From the human T2T-CHM13v2.0 reference genome, Homo sapiens: a stretch of 64,000 nucleotides of DNA. The stretch lies in the NCBI RefSeq assembly GCF_009914755.1, contig NC_060930.1. The stretch is one strand, 5' to 3'. Shown piece after piece: positions 1-12,460 of the stretch (its first letter is position 1; each line of letters opens with the position of its first letter). A program made the position numbers and the translations under genes. A model generated the notes under the pieces. It saw only the letters and a program-made list of their open reading frames with translations. It did not search any database and was not told where the DNA came from.

Positions 1-2029
1 GGATGAGGGCTGAGGCCGCGCCCAGAGCAGCATGGGTGAGGGCTGAGGCCATGCCTGGACACCTCTAGCTCTGCAAAATAGTTTGTTCAGAGGCAGAGAG
101 AAAATTGTAGTCAGCTCTTAGAGAGAACAGGCTTCAGTCATTGCTACCTAAACCAACAAAAGAACTAACAAAAAACTACACCTCGAGCCTTAGGACAACA
201 TTGGAAACCCAGAGAAGAAGAGGGTGAACTTTAAACAAGTGTCGTTCTGGAGTCAAGTCAGGAACTGAGGAATATGTTTCCAAAAACCCGGAGGAACCTC
301 TTATTTCAGCAAATGCTTGGGAGAGGAGGAGCAAGAACACTTTGAAAAGTAAGGCTAAGTTTTGCAGCCCCAGAATAATCTTCACAAAAATTATTACGAG
401 GAAGCAAGGACAATGGAAATGAAGCCACAGGAAGGAGTCGGGCTCTGTCCCTGTTCGCAGAGAGCCAGCGAGGGCTGCCATGCAGGACTTCACACACCCG
501 GGAAGGCTGGGTCTTGTGTTTTGCTTTGTTTCTTCTTAGAGAACGAGAAAGTGCCTCCCAAAGGAGACAGTCCATAAACAACACCCACAATGGCAACCTA
601 AAATGTCTTGGGCTACCGTTGGGTTGGAGAAACATGGAGAAAAGAGAAAGGGGCTTTAAGGAATTGCAGAGTACTCAATTTTGCTGGGAGTTGCTGATTC
701 TAAATGTGGGTTCCATTCACAGCAGCAGAGGCCACAAAAGAGAATCCACATACAATCCAGCACGGGGGCCAGGAACCTTGAATGCACGGGCTGCATGCGA
801 TAACACCAAGGCAAGTCTAGTGAAGGCTGGAGGTGTCCCCCTGCCAATTCCGTGTTGTATTGTCAGAGGAGTGGGCACTCCAGATGCCGCTTTTCCAGAG
901 GGAAGGCAGCCTGCCAAGACAGACCTCTTCCCAGAACATGGGGACTCCAGCATCCCAATCCGTGAATAGGATGTGTCTTTTCACTGAGTAGTAAATCTCC
1001 AGGGTGGAGCCTTGTCAAGCGGTGTGTTTTCCATGGCACCCTAGAACAGCTGAGCCAGAAAGCTGCTCTGTGGTGAATCTCCTTGAATTTCTCATCTGCC
1101 GTCTTCCTCCACCCACCACACGCTGTCCACTGCAGCCTGTTAACTGAAGGACACGTCAGAAGTGGGCTGCCTCCTAGAAACTCGGCTTTTCCTTAGAAAG
1201 CAGTTGTTTGCATTGTGGGTTGATCCAGTGGACACATTTTGGGTTTGGAGCTGTGTGTCCAAAATGGCAATGAAGATCTGGAGAAAGGTGCTTCTCTGTA
1301 GAAAGCTGTGTCTTGGTAATTCATGGAAATGTTGAAAAAAAAAATGGAACACAAAAGTCAAACTTGATTTAATCGATTTGAGAGGAATTGAAGGTGCCAC
1401 ATCAGTCCAGGGAAAAGGAACTGCACTGCGGACTTTGAAGAGCCTGACTTTACACACTCCCAGGGCCCCTGGCTGGGGCTGTGCCACACAAAGGAAGAAA
1501 GGAGGAAAAGAGAGGCCATGAAGTTACCTTGGGTTTTGAGTACTCTGTGGGCAGGTCTTGAGCTGGCAATGGGAGCCACTTAGATAAGAAATTGTACAAA
1601 GTTACAGCACATTTTTATATTGCTCGCTGTGTTAGTTGCTGTCTGTTGGACTCGGACACCGTAGCTTAGGACAAATAGGAGATACAATAGAAAATGGCTT
1701 CCTGGTTTTACGCATATTATGGCTGCAGGATAATAATTGAAGCAATGGCCTGATACGTCACAGAGGTGGCTGGGAGTGACATTAACAAGGCATTCATAGC
1801 AGAGTTTGAGGGATGTAACTGGCTGCCCCATTGGTTCCAGGTGGAAGCATCAGAAAGCGAATTGCTCCTCCCCGGGTGGTGCCAGGCCTGCAGGCAGCTT
1901 CTCACCTGCTCCTCTTGCCTAGCACAAGGGCTTCCCAAGGGTGGGAACAGTCCCTCTTCTGGCTTCTCACTTAGCTCAGAGCCAAATGCCTTAGACCAGC
2001 CTTCATGGCCTGTGGGTGCTCATCTCCCA

Positions 2030-2385
2030 AGCCCACCTTGACAAACCTCCCCTCACTCGCTTCTCTCCTACCACCCCAACTCCTTGCTGTTCCACCAAAC
2101 CCAAACTTCTCCTCCAAAGGGCTCCTTTGCTCTTCCTTCCTTCTTTTTCTCTACAAAGCCCTCTCCCTGAGTCTCTATAAGGCTCGCTCCCACATCAAAC
2201 ACCTGTCCCCATCACTCTCAACATATTTTTTAAAATGGATATATCTTGTTTATTTTCTCTTTTCTCCTCTAGAATGCAAGGCTCGGGGATTTTACTCTAG
2301 TTTGTTCTTTGTTGTATCCCCAGTGCCTAGAATAGTGCCTGGCATAAACTAGATGCTCAGTAAACACATGTGGCATGAATGATGC
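2030..2385 (+). mobile_element. L2 LINE 3' fragment
   Basis: Typical L2 3' end: cccagtgcctagaatagtgcctggcata...gctcagtaaacac...tgaatga. Confidence 0.75.
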
Positions 2386-3004
2386 AATGTGATGACATGG
2401 AGCAATCATATCTGGGTGCAGAGACATAGAGATGGGGCCGACCAGTGTTAAGCAGGACTCAAGAGAGCGCTAAGGCTTTCATGAATAGGATGCTAGTGAC
2501 AAGGTAGACAAGATGGCCAGAAAACTCAGGCAGTCAGAAAGCAGTGGCTGGGTCTGTTTACATTCCAACTCCCTCCCTGACGAACAGATGGGAATGTTGT
2601 GATGGCTCATCAGATAGTCAAACCGCATCTAAATAAATTGCTGACAAATCTGCAAAGTACAGTGCTTTCTGTTTGGAAGATTCACAAGGCAACTCATATA
2701 TATAGTGTCGTGCAGGTTTAAAAACAATACTGCCAGAATAAAAACTATAATTGAAAGTTTCTTTTAATAACATCTTGGGGGTGTTAAAAGCAAGAGATTT
2801 TTTAAAAGTCTAATTTAGTTCTACAAAAGGGATAAAGCTTTAGCTCCTAGTAAAATGAATTTACTTCCTCAATTTCTCCATTTCCACCCCACCCTCAATA
2901 TACTATAAAATCCTATAACTAAACTGGAGTTAAAAATGCAAAATATCCAAAGTATGTGAATAAAATCTAATGTGTATTTACAGTGTTGTACTTTGCAAAG
3001 CCAA

Positions 3005-3215
3005 TGAGAAAGAATGTTGACTTTGGAATCAAGCCCACCTGGGTTTGAATCGCAGCTCAGCTTCATCGCAGCCATTCCAAGCCATGGTTTCGGCATCTGA
3101 TCAATGCGGATCCTGATATGCACCGTCAGAGATACGATGGGACTGGTCAGCACTGGGACTGGTCTGGTGAGTATTTAATAGAGTGCTCAGCACATGGCTC
3201 ATGCTCCCAAGTGGC
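3005..3215 (+). mobile_element. MIR SINE (degenerate)
   Basis: actttggaatcaagcccacctgggtttgaatc...cagctc resembles the MIR tRNA-derived head. Confidence 0.6.
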
Positions 3216-3340
3216 AGCTAACAATCTATACTTTTTCAGGTACAAACAAACAAACAAACAAACAAAAAACCCCACACACAAAAAAACAGCCTGACTAATC
3301 CCGGGCTATGACAGAATTTCTAAGAATCACAATGCTATTT

Positions 3341-3395
3341 TTAGTTTGGTGCAAAAGTAATGGCGGTTTTTGCCATTACTTTTGTACCAACCTAA
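3341..3395. mobile_element. MADE1 (Hsmar1-derived MITE), internally deleted
   Basis: ttagtttggtgcaaaagtaatggcggtttttgccattacttttgtaccaacctaa followed by TA; both MADE1 TIR ends present. Confidence 0.9.
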
Positions 3396-4215
3396 TAATA
3401 CAACTCAAAAATTATCATAACTTAAAAACCCAAAACATCAACATGAGTAATCAACAAACTCTTCTCCAAAATAATGCTTTGTATTAATACTAGTAATGGA
3501 GAACATTAAAAACGATTTATTGCATTGTTCTGTGAATAGTTCCCCAAAGGGCAGCATTCCTAAAATGGCAAAGACGTTACATAACTCCAAATGAGTTTCT
3601 CAAAATGACAAAATTAGAAAACAAATTTAAATAAAGAACTTCAGAGCCATAGAATTCCCCCGAACAAACTATGTACTTATGTCATTCTATTGATGAGGAA
3701 CTTGAATCCCAACTTTCATCTGGTTACACAGGCAGGTCTTGAAGGGTGACTCTTCACTGCTAATCCAGTAACTCCCATCTACACTGTCTCTGGGGCGGCC
3801 ACTAAAACAGAGAAGGATAAGCCACCGAAAAGGGCAGCACACCCTTCAACATGAGGCTTTGCCCCACTTCCATTCCCTGACATCAGCATTTCTGCATTTC
3901 AGTCATTCAGTGGGTATGGATGGCTCACCAGGTTCCAAGAACTGCCCCCAGGCATCTCTGTGTCCAAGACCCTTAGCTTGCCTTCCAGGCCTACCCCCAA
4001 GAGGGACTGAAGCACCTGCAAACATGCACCAGAGGAGCACAGAGCCAGCACCCAAAAGGCCTGGGAGAGGTCATTCATTTCCAAGGTGCTGTCCGGAGGA
4101 AGCTTTTGAGGGCCAGGAAGTGTGCGTTTTCCTCTGGGAGACGGCTGCCCTTCACCTTCTGTTCACTACCAGATCTTCAGGTGGATATGAAGAATCTATA
4201 GAGAGGGAAGTCTAA

Positions 4216-4500
4216 ATATATATATATATATATCTTTCTCTCTCTCCATCTATCTCTCTTTTCACCTATCTATCTCTATCTCTATTATCTGTTTATCATC
4301 TCTATCAATCATCTATCATCTATAAATCATCTATTATTTATCATCTATCTGTCATCTGTCTATAACCTATTATCTATCTAACTATCTAACTCTCTCTCTC
4401 TATCATCTATCTGTCTATCATCTATCATCTATCCATCTATTGATCACCTATCTACACACACACACACGTATATGTATACATACATACATATATACACACA
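4216..4500. repeat. Compound (TA)n/(TATC)n/(CA,TA)n microsatellite
   Basis: Directly visible simple repeats. Confidence 0.95.
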
Positions 4501-4507
4501 CAGGCAT

Positions 4508-5160
4508 TCAGTTGACCTCACTGGTTATGGTTCACATTTGTGAAGGCATCTACTCACAAAATATATCAGTAACTCCCACATTAACACCCGCAGTGTTGTG
4601 CTTGTTTCTGAGTGTGTGTGGAGAGGGAAAGAATCCAAGTCTTGATGGGAGCGTTCTCAGCTGAGGGTGGACAAGGCAACGCTCCACCTTCTTGCTTCAG
4701 CCCATTCTGTAAATGTGTCCTTTCTGCAGTCTACACAGTGCTACAGTTTTTGCATTTTCTTGCCTTTGATGGTTGATTTTTCAGCCTACAATGGCCTAAG
4801 CACAGTGCTGAAGTGCTGTCTAGTGTCACAAGTCGTGAGACTGCTGTGATGTGCCTTATGGAGAAAACAGATGTTAGAGGAATTGTGTTCATGCTTGAGT
4901 GTTAGGGCTGTTGGTGGTGAGTTTGATGTTAATGAACCAATAACATAAATTAAATAAGATGCCTTTAAATAGAAATACACAAAAAGTAAGGCTATGTATT
5001 ACTCAGTGGATAAATGTGACCAGAGGGTCACAGGAAGCGAACCCTCTATGTCCAGTATAAGCAACTGTTTAGTATTGGCTAAGCATCTGTTTAGTATTGG
5101 CTAATGCAGTGTACATGGCAACTTTATAAAGCAACTATCTCAAATAACAAGAATCACCTG
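4508..5160. mobile_element. TcMar-Tigger MITE, MER82-like
   Basis: cagttgacctca... to ...aataacaagaatcacctg(ta); internal tgctgaagtgctgtctagtg...tgtgatgtgccttatggagaaaa matches the recalled MER82 consensus. Confidence 0.75.
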
Positions 5161-5184
5161 TATAAATGTGTACACATATATATA

Positions 5185-5502
5185 CAGGTTGAACATCTCT
5201 AATTTGAAAGTTCAAAATGCTCTAAAATCTGAAACATTTTGAGTGCTGTTACAAGGCTGCAAGTAAAGAATTCCACACCTGACCTCATGTGATGGGTGTG
5301 CAAGATTATCTAAATTATTACATAAAACTACCTCAGGCTATGTGCAGGAAATATATATGAAACATAAATAAGTGTTGTGTTTAGACTTGGATCCCATCCC
5401 CAAGGCATTTCATTATGTATATGCAAATATTCTAAAATCTGAAAAAATCTGAAATCCTAGACACTTCTGGTCCCAAGCATGTTGAATAAGGACACTCAAC
5501 TT

Positions 5503-5503
<1 letters not shown>
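5185..5503. mobile_element. TcMar-Tigger MITE, Tigger4b/MER46B-like
   Basis: TA-caggttgaacatc ... gacactcaacttg-TA terminal inverted repeats; internal ttccacacctgacctcatgtga and acacttctggtcccaagcat. Confidence 0.85.

Positions 5504-5504
<1 letters not shown>

Positions 5505-5541
<37 letters not shown>
5505..5541. repeat. (CA)n microsatellite, ~18 units
   Basis: Directly visible. Confidence 0.97.
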
Positions 5542-5542
<1 letters not shown>

Positions 5543-5545
<3 letters not shown>

Positions 5546-5858
5546 CATCCCTCAGTGTTCATGGGAGTTCCAGGACCTCCTACAGATAACAAAATCCTCA
5601 GATGTTCAAGTCCCTGATATAAAATGGTGTAGTGTTTGCATATAGCCTACACACATCCTCCTGTGTACTTTGAATCATCTCTAGATTACTTACAATATCT
5701 AACACAATGTAAATGCTATGTAAATAATTATTACACTAGATCTTAATTTTTAAATTATTTTTATTGTTGTATTGTTGTTATTATTATTATTTTAAATATT
5801 CTCAGTCCGAGTTTGCTTGAATCCAAGGATGCAGGACTGGCGTTTATGGACCTGACTT
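5543..5858 (+). mobile_element. MER2 (TcMar-Tigger MITE)
   Basis: ttccaggacc...caaaatcc...tcaagtccctgatataaaatggtgtagtgtttgcatat...atcatctctagattactta matches MER2. Confidence 0.85.
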
Positions 5859-6878
5859 CGCACACACATCTATGTATGTATGAACGTGGAAACACACATG
5901 GGGGGACATGGCATGTGGCTTGGGTCACGGTTTCATAAAAGGAGACTCTCATGATTCTGTAACCTGTGGGGTGAAACCAAGAGTTCTCAGGAGATGGCCA
6001 GTGATGGCTAAAAGAACTATAGCAAAGACATGTGCATAAACCAGTCATCAGTGCTGCAAGGTCAAGGTCACACATGTGTGAGACAAGCCATCCAGCAAAT
6101 CTATGGTTCTTGCAGTTTCGCAAAGAGATTTTATCTTTTTCTCCTAACAACTCTGACTTCACGCGGCCTCCACAAGTTCCAGGACATAAGGGTTTCTTGA
6201 ATGCAGCTAAAGCATAATGTTTTTCCAAAAATTTCAATATTCTAAATATCTTAAGTGTCACCAATTATTTGTCTCCAAATAGTTTACATTAACAAACTTT
6301 AAATACTAATATTTTAATCAAAACAGCCACCCCTACATATACACCTCCTTTGGCTTGCAGTACAGTAAAAAGGGAGGCATTTCCAACTGTCAACATTCTG
6401 AAGCTGTGTTATCACACAGCTTTGCAGTTCCCATAGAAACATGTTCCATTGCCTAGGTGATGGTGATCTTATGATGTCACTAATGAGTTGAACTAACTTA
6501 GAAGACAGACGGACATTTCCTCCTGGGTACACCCACAACTTAAAGTTGCCCTCCAAGACTTACAGGGTTAATGTACCAAAGTGTAGCTTCATTGGGAGTT
6601 ATGAGCACATTTCATAAACATAATTCCAGGGGTTCGCCTGTGATGACATCATTCCTTTTCACAAGGTTTATGGATATCCACCAAGTTGCCCCTCACGTTA
6701 TCCCATGGAGACTTTTCCCAGCTGAGAAACAGATGCCGAAACAGAGACACAACCACTTGGGGGAAACATGCAACAGCTGTACAAAGGTGTCAAGGGGAGG
6801 GAAAAATGAAAGTGTCAAGGGATGTTGTCACCAACTCAGACAGAATGGGTCACTAGAAAAAGTGGATGAGATACGTGA

Positions 6879-6994
6879 ACCATCCTCGGGCAGTTCTTCC
6901 TTTCCCAAACCAAGTGATTGCCAAAATGCAGGAAGATTTGCCCGTTTCAGTTTCCTTCTGTCTATATTTCAGTGTGTTTGTCATCTCATAAATG
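6879..6994 (+). repeat. Copy A of a ~116-bp dispersed direct repeat
   Basis: Aligns to 8590-8704 with 9 differences (8 substitutions, 1 indel) by manual alignment. Confidence 0.95.
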
Positions 6995-8589
6995 GTGTCA
7001 CACACGGGCAAAGATGTGTGGAAGAGGTAGTCCCAGAAGTGTGGGGTATCTTAAACTATGTTTAAGACCAGAAACTTAAAATTGGAAAGGGGATTCCAGT
7101 CCCATATTATCTCCCAATTCCTCTCACAACTGGTCTGTTTGAATGGCAGATACAGTACAGGATGTTTCTAGAGCAAAAGTGAAATTTAGAAGATGGGATG
7201 CTATTCCACTGGTTTCAAGGCACAGAAACACTGTCCCATGCACATTTTACTTCCAAAATCATCAAATAGCATTTAGGCACTTTGTAATTAACCCAAAGGG
7301 GGCTTTCAACAAATAGCATGCATGGAACTCTAACTTGCAAATGTGCAATTAGAGTGTGTTCAAAACCAATTTTCTTTCATGAATGGAAAATGCGTCGTCA
7401 AACTGCTTGTGTACAACTAGAAGTGTGGTAACCTGGCTCACTGGCCTGTCCAAATATGAGATTAGACAAGTTCAAGGCTGATTCTGGGGGACAAGGCAAC
7501 AGAAGGCTGTGACAAGGTCCCTTTCCTCAAATTGTAACGATTTTTAAAAAATTGAACAAGTAATTTGAGCATAAACCAAAAAATAAAATAAAATATTAAA
7601 ACCTGATACAGACCACGTACTGCACACGAATGCTACAATGAGCAGTTACAGATCACAGAGGACCACAGTGTGTGCGGAGGGAGTGGCTGTTACACCTGCT
7701 GTCACATGCCACAGTGCAGCCCACGGTCTCTCTGCACCAGAGAGGCAGTAACACAACAGGACAGGGGAAGGGGTAGGCTCCTCCCCTGCTGGGAGTGGAG
7801 CTGGGTCTCTTCATTACTGTCTTCCTTGCTCTCTGTTTCCAGTGATGAGATGAGCCGGTAAAGATCCAGTGGACCCAGTGAGCACCCCTGGGCATTGCAC
7901 ACAAAATCGGAACCACACAAGGCCGTGTCATTTGACCTTGGTCCAGGGTCCTCTGCTTTTGCTTTCCAAAGAGCCAAAGGAATGGTTACAAAATCATGGC
8001 CATGTATGTGCACACCTCAAGGCTTCTTTACTTTCCTGCTTTTTCTGATACATCACTCAGGATACTTCAACTCTGTGATTCAAATGTAGGACCAACTTTG
8101 GCATTTTGATGATTATTGCTTTTACTTCCTTTTGGTTATGCTTCTGCGACAACCAAAGTCTGAGTCTAAAGTGTTGTGAATCCACCAGAAAAGGAACTTT
8201 GATATGGAGGTATCCCTCAAAATACTAACTTCGGCCATGTCATTAGGTCTGGATGCTGCACTCTAAATTTGGATGTAAACAACAGCAATCAATGAGTAAT
8301 TGCACTGGCACAAAGTGGCCGTGTTAACATTGCTATGGGAACATTAATTTCAGAGTGTGTAATGATTCCATTTTAAATATTCTTTTAAAACGTTGTCAGC
8401 AATTGTCAGAACTGATGCCAGTTCCTAATTTGCAATCTGTTGATCCGAACTTGTTTCTGCAAAACCTGCCAGTACCAAAAGGTAAAATGTCTGTCAGCAT
8501 CATGAAACTTCATGACCTAATTCCAAGTTCGATTCCACACGTTCTTCTCTGCTATAACTGGGTCAGTAAGAACTCAGATTCAGGACAGG

Positions 8590-8704
8590 ACCATCCTAGG
8601 GTAGTTCTTCCTTTCCCAAACCAAGTGATTGCCAAAATGCAGGAAGATTTGCCCATTTCAGTTTTCTTCTGCCATATTTCAGTGAGTTTGTCATATCGTA
8701 AATG
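8590..8704 (+). repeat. Copy B of the ~116-bp dispersed direct repeat
   Basis: Aligns to 6879-6994. Confidence 0.95.
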
Positions 8705-9894
8705 AAGGTCATTTATGAGATGGTAATAAGGTCAGCCCTTATGGCTGCTGTGTCTTACGGGACAACACTGCATGACAAATGACAAGACCTAATGACAAAG
8801 GAGCAAAGAAAATGGCACCGTTCCTCTCCTTTGCCATCTTCTCCCGCTTGGAGCCAGCTCCACATGCATACTAAGCTTTCATTTATTTCATTTATTGATT
8901 GATTGTGCTGCTGCATGGCTCTGGGTCAAAAGATTGTAAAAATAAATAAACAAAACAAAGCAAAAAACGGATTCCTTTTGGTCTTCAGCAATGACCAACA
9001 ATTCTCTCTTTTAGGTGGTGGTCACATTTGCTCTGTGGGATAAGGGCCACCCTTATTGTCATTACAGCAAATGAAACACCACGCCCTTTGTTCCTCCACC
9101 GTGGGCCACCTCCCACTCCACCATACATAGCAGGCTCTCCCTCGCCCAGACCCCATGCCAATGGGGTTTTCTGTGTTGGAGGCAGCAGAATACCCAATGA
9201 AAATGGCTTAGATCGCTGGAATTCCATGTTTCTCCTAAGACCTGTTGGGGTTGGGTAGTTCCAGGATTGGTTATCTCAGCAGTTCAAAAATGTCAGAGCT
9301 CCAGGTCAGCTTTTCTGAAATTCCTTTGGATTTCCTTCCACGGTGGCAACAGGGAGCAGTGGTTGCCGGCTCCAGACTCACTCCCGCCCACACGCAGACC
9401 CAGGGAGCAAGAGGGAGGTTCACCTCTCCTGAACCTCTTTGCATTTTAAAGAAAACCCTTCCCTAGGTGCCCGCAGCGGACATCTCTTCCTGCTCCGAGG
9501 CCAGGGCTGAGCCACAGGCGTACAGCGGTCTCACTGCACCAAGAGCATGCCATGGCTGACTTAGAGCAATTAGGACTCAACCCCGGTCTAGAAGGCACAC
9601 ATCACCTCCATCATCCAGGACACATGGGAGCTAAGCTGGACAAGGTTGGGATCCTGCAGGGGAAAGAACCAGGGAGATAAAATGGTGGGAAAATTGTGCA
9701 CTCCAGGCACCCCGAAAATGCCCCACGCCTCAGGGGTGCCGAAATGGATACTTTACTTCTAAGTCAGAAGCAGGGCAAATTTAGGGAAAAGACGTTGGCC
9801 TCTACAAGGGCAGATCAGCATGCTATCTAGCTTCCTAAAATGGTCAAAAGAGGACATTAACTGAATAAAGTAAAAGAAGAAAAAAGAAGGCAGC

Positions 9895-10190
9895 CAGGTG
9901 CTTTGTGCGGCGGAGCCCGCTGGAGGCTGGGCAAGTGATGAGTCCGGACCCGGGGAGCACCCCAGGCCGGGCTTTCCCCAACGCCCCCTGCGTCACCATC
10001 ACCTCATCCTGCAGGCCCAGCTTAGGCGCCATCTCCTCTTCTGCATCCCAGAGCCCCTCACGGGTTCTCTGAGCCGGTGACGCTGGATGGCCTCTGACTC
10101 CCTCTTTTCTTGCTGAGTCCCCGAGTGCAGGGCCCAGACCCCCTGTTCCTCCTGCTGCCCTGTGATTCCAGCCACTGGCGCGCTGTCTTA
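9895..10190. promoter_or_regulatory. GC/CpG-enriched unique segment, candidate enhancer
   Basis: Local CpG enrichment over flanks; kB-like cgggctttcccc and a CTCF-core-like cgccccctgcg. Confidence 0.3.
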
Positions 10191-10422
10191 TCACCCACAA
10201 ATGGTTGATAAATACTGGACGTCCACTAAAATCAATTCCCTTAGTATTCCGGAAGGGAAAATAATTCTGTAACTCAACAATTCCAGAGTGGTATAAAAAA
10301 TATAGAGAGTAAATTTGATATCTCATTTAGAAACTGTAGGATTTGTTTAACCGCAATGGTCTCATGTGTAGAATTCTCTAGTAGGTTACAGCAAACATGG
10401 ATGTATTTTTGTTTTGTTTTGT

Positions 10423-10505
10423 TTTAATAGACTTTATTTTTTAAGAGCCAGGTTCACAGCAAAATTGAGTGGAAAGTACAATGAATTTTCATATGTGCCC
10501 TCCCT
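10423..10505 (-). mobile_element. L1M(C) 3'-end fragment
   Basis: ttaatagactttattttttaagagc...ggttcacagcaaaattgagtggaaagtaca. Confidence 0.65.
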
Positions 10506-11709
10506 CTCCAGAGTGTATTCTGAAACTATCAACAGTATTTGAAAATATGGGTAATGTAAATATAATACACGTTTTCAGACTTTAAAGAAAGTTAACATTA
10601 TAGTTGCCTTATTTTCAAACCAGAACATACTGTAAACCACCATTTAATTTATATTGAATTGAGATTTAATGCTATGGGTACTTAAATGATTGTAAAGTTG
10701 TGCCGGAAATCCTTCTCTCCAAACAATAATTATTTAAGCAGCCAATCGTTCAACTGAGATTTACAACTATTTTCACAGAATTGCTTGAATGACAAACTGA
10801 TTTTTGTACTTAAGTTATTGCCTTTTAAAAACAGATTTTGATATTGCCATTTTGTATATGTGCCTATAGTAGCTCATAAAGCACATTCGTTGACATTCTT
10901 CAAACAAATTTGGCTATGTTTTCAGATATTAGAAATACATTTCCAAGAAAATTGCCCAAGTGGACCTCATTTCTCCTGCACAGGTTTCACCTCTGGAGCA
11001 GGAGTAGGTGAAGCCCTCTTCCTCTCGGGGGTGTCAGTGTGGACCCCTGGGAAGTTAATACTACTAGTGAATGACACAAACTTTCAGACTGTCTTTGCAG
11101 ATGTGTTTGCGACCTGTTGATGAGCTACAGAGGACTGTTTTTAATGGCAGATGATGGGAAATCTGCTCTCACCAAATGGCAAAAGCATAAATGCAAATTA
11201 CATTTTTCTGGAGAGGGCTTTGCACCCACAGACTCAGTACATTGTCAGAGCATAGAAGCTGATTCTATTCTTGAATAAACATAGAGAAGATAAAGGAGGT
11301 CCTGAATCTTCCACACTTACCCATGTAATTACTCAATCTTTCCCTTCCTTTTGGCTTTGTCAACAAGCCAAGCCGGTTTCATGCCTTCACGGAATTCTTC
11401 CGAGATGGCAAGTGGATCATCAGGTCCTTGTTCTGTCACCATTTCCCATTACAAATATGATGTCTACCCACCGAAAATAGGAATGTATGCACTGTCTCTT
11501 GGGGCAGGGCGCTCTGTGTGACCTCACTGGGCCCACCACATGGGGACTGGGTATGAAGGCACTACATGCCATGAGCATATGTACTCATGGCTGAGCTGCC
11601 CCAGGCCCACCTCCATCTAGGGGATAACCTTGTGGCTTAGTTAATAGCAAGATCTTGGTATTCCACAGACCACGTTTCTCCTATCAGCCCAATCTTTCCA
11701 CTTTCTAGC

Positions 11710-11944
11710 CTGGAGTCAGCAAACTTTTTCTGTTAAGGCTGAGTAGTGAAACATTTAGGCTTTACAAGGCACATAAAGTCTCTGCTGTATCCTCCTTCTT
11801 GTTCTTGCTCTTCCTCCTCTTCCTCCTTTCCTTTCTTTTTCTATTTACAGCCCTTTGAGCATATAAAAAACATTCTGAGCTTGTGGCCTGTGCAGAAATA
11901 AGCTGCAGCCTGGATAGGCCTGCTGTCTGGAGTTTGCCAACCCA
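11710..11944. mobile_element. MER58-family hAT-Charlie MITE (MER58C-like)
   Basis: gtcagcaaactttttctgt ... agtttgccaaccc termini. Confidence 0.7.
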
Positions 11945-12257
11945 AGCAAACCATTCTAACTTATCTTTCGCAGTCCTGTTTTAAGAGCTATAATTATTTA
12001 TTTGCTCTTTATTCTGATCCTCCCAACTTTCTCTGAACTTTATTGTGCACATGAAAGCAAATACAAAGCTCCAGTGGAAGTCAGACGGAAGCAGAACGTG
12101 CCCTTCTTGATAATTTTCAGGTGCATTCTGTTAATGAGGATACCTCACTGGTGCCCACCCTTCATATTCCTTAGAGTCTCTGATTTTTTTTGGTATGGCT
12201 TATGCCATTTCATATTGTTAGACATATTCTAGTCACCCTAAATCACTGCAATACTCT

Positions 12258-12460
12258 AGTCAGCAAACTACTGTTTCTTTGCTGCCTGTTTTATAAAGAA
12301 AGTTGTATTTAAATGCAGCCACACTTATCTGGTTACAAATTTTTTTGGATACATATTTCTGTGGTTGCTTTTGCTCTACAATGGCAGAGCTGAGTATTTA
12401 CGTTAGAACTGTATGGTCCATAATTACTAAAAAATTTCTGCTGGTTCTTTACAGACCCCT
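12258..12460. mobile_element. MER58A-like hAT-Charlie MITE
   Basis: gtcagcaaactac...gcctgttttataaa...cagccac...ctacaatggcagagctgagta...tttacagacccct. Confidence 0.7.

Noticed and set aside
514-969. 151-aa ORF and other 100-170-aa ORFs in unique sequence (e.g. 6571-7065, 9844-10326)
   Set aside because: No homology I can recognise and no exon structure
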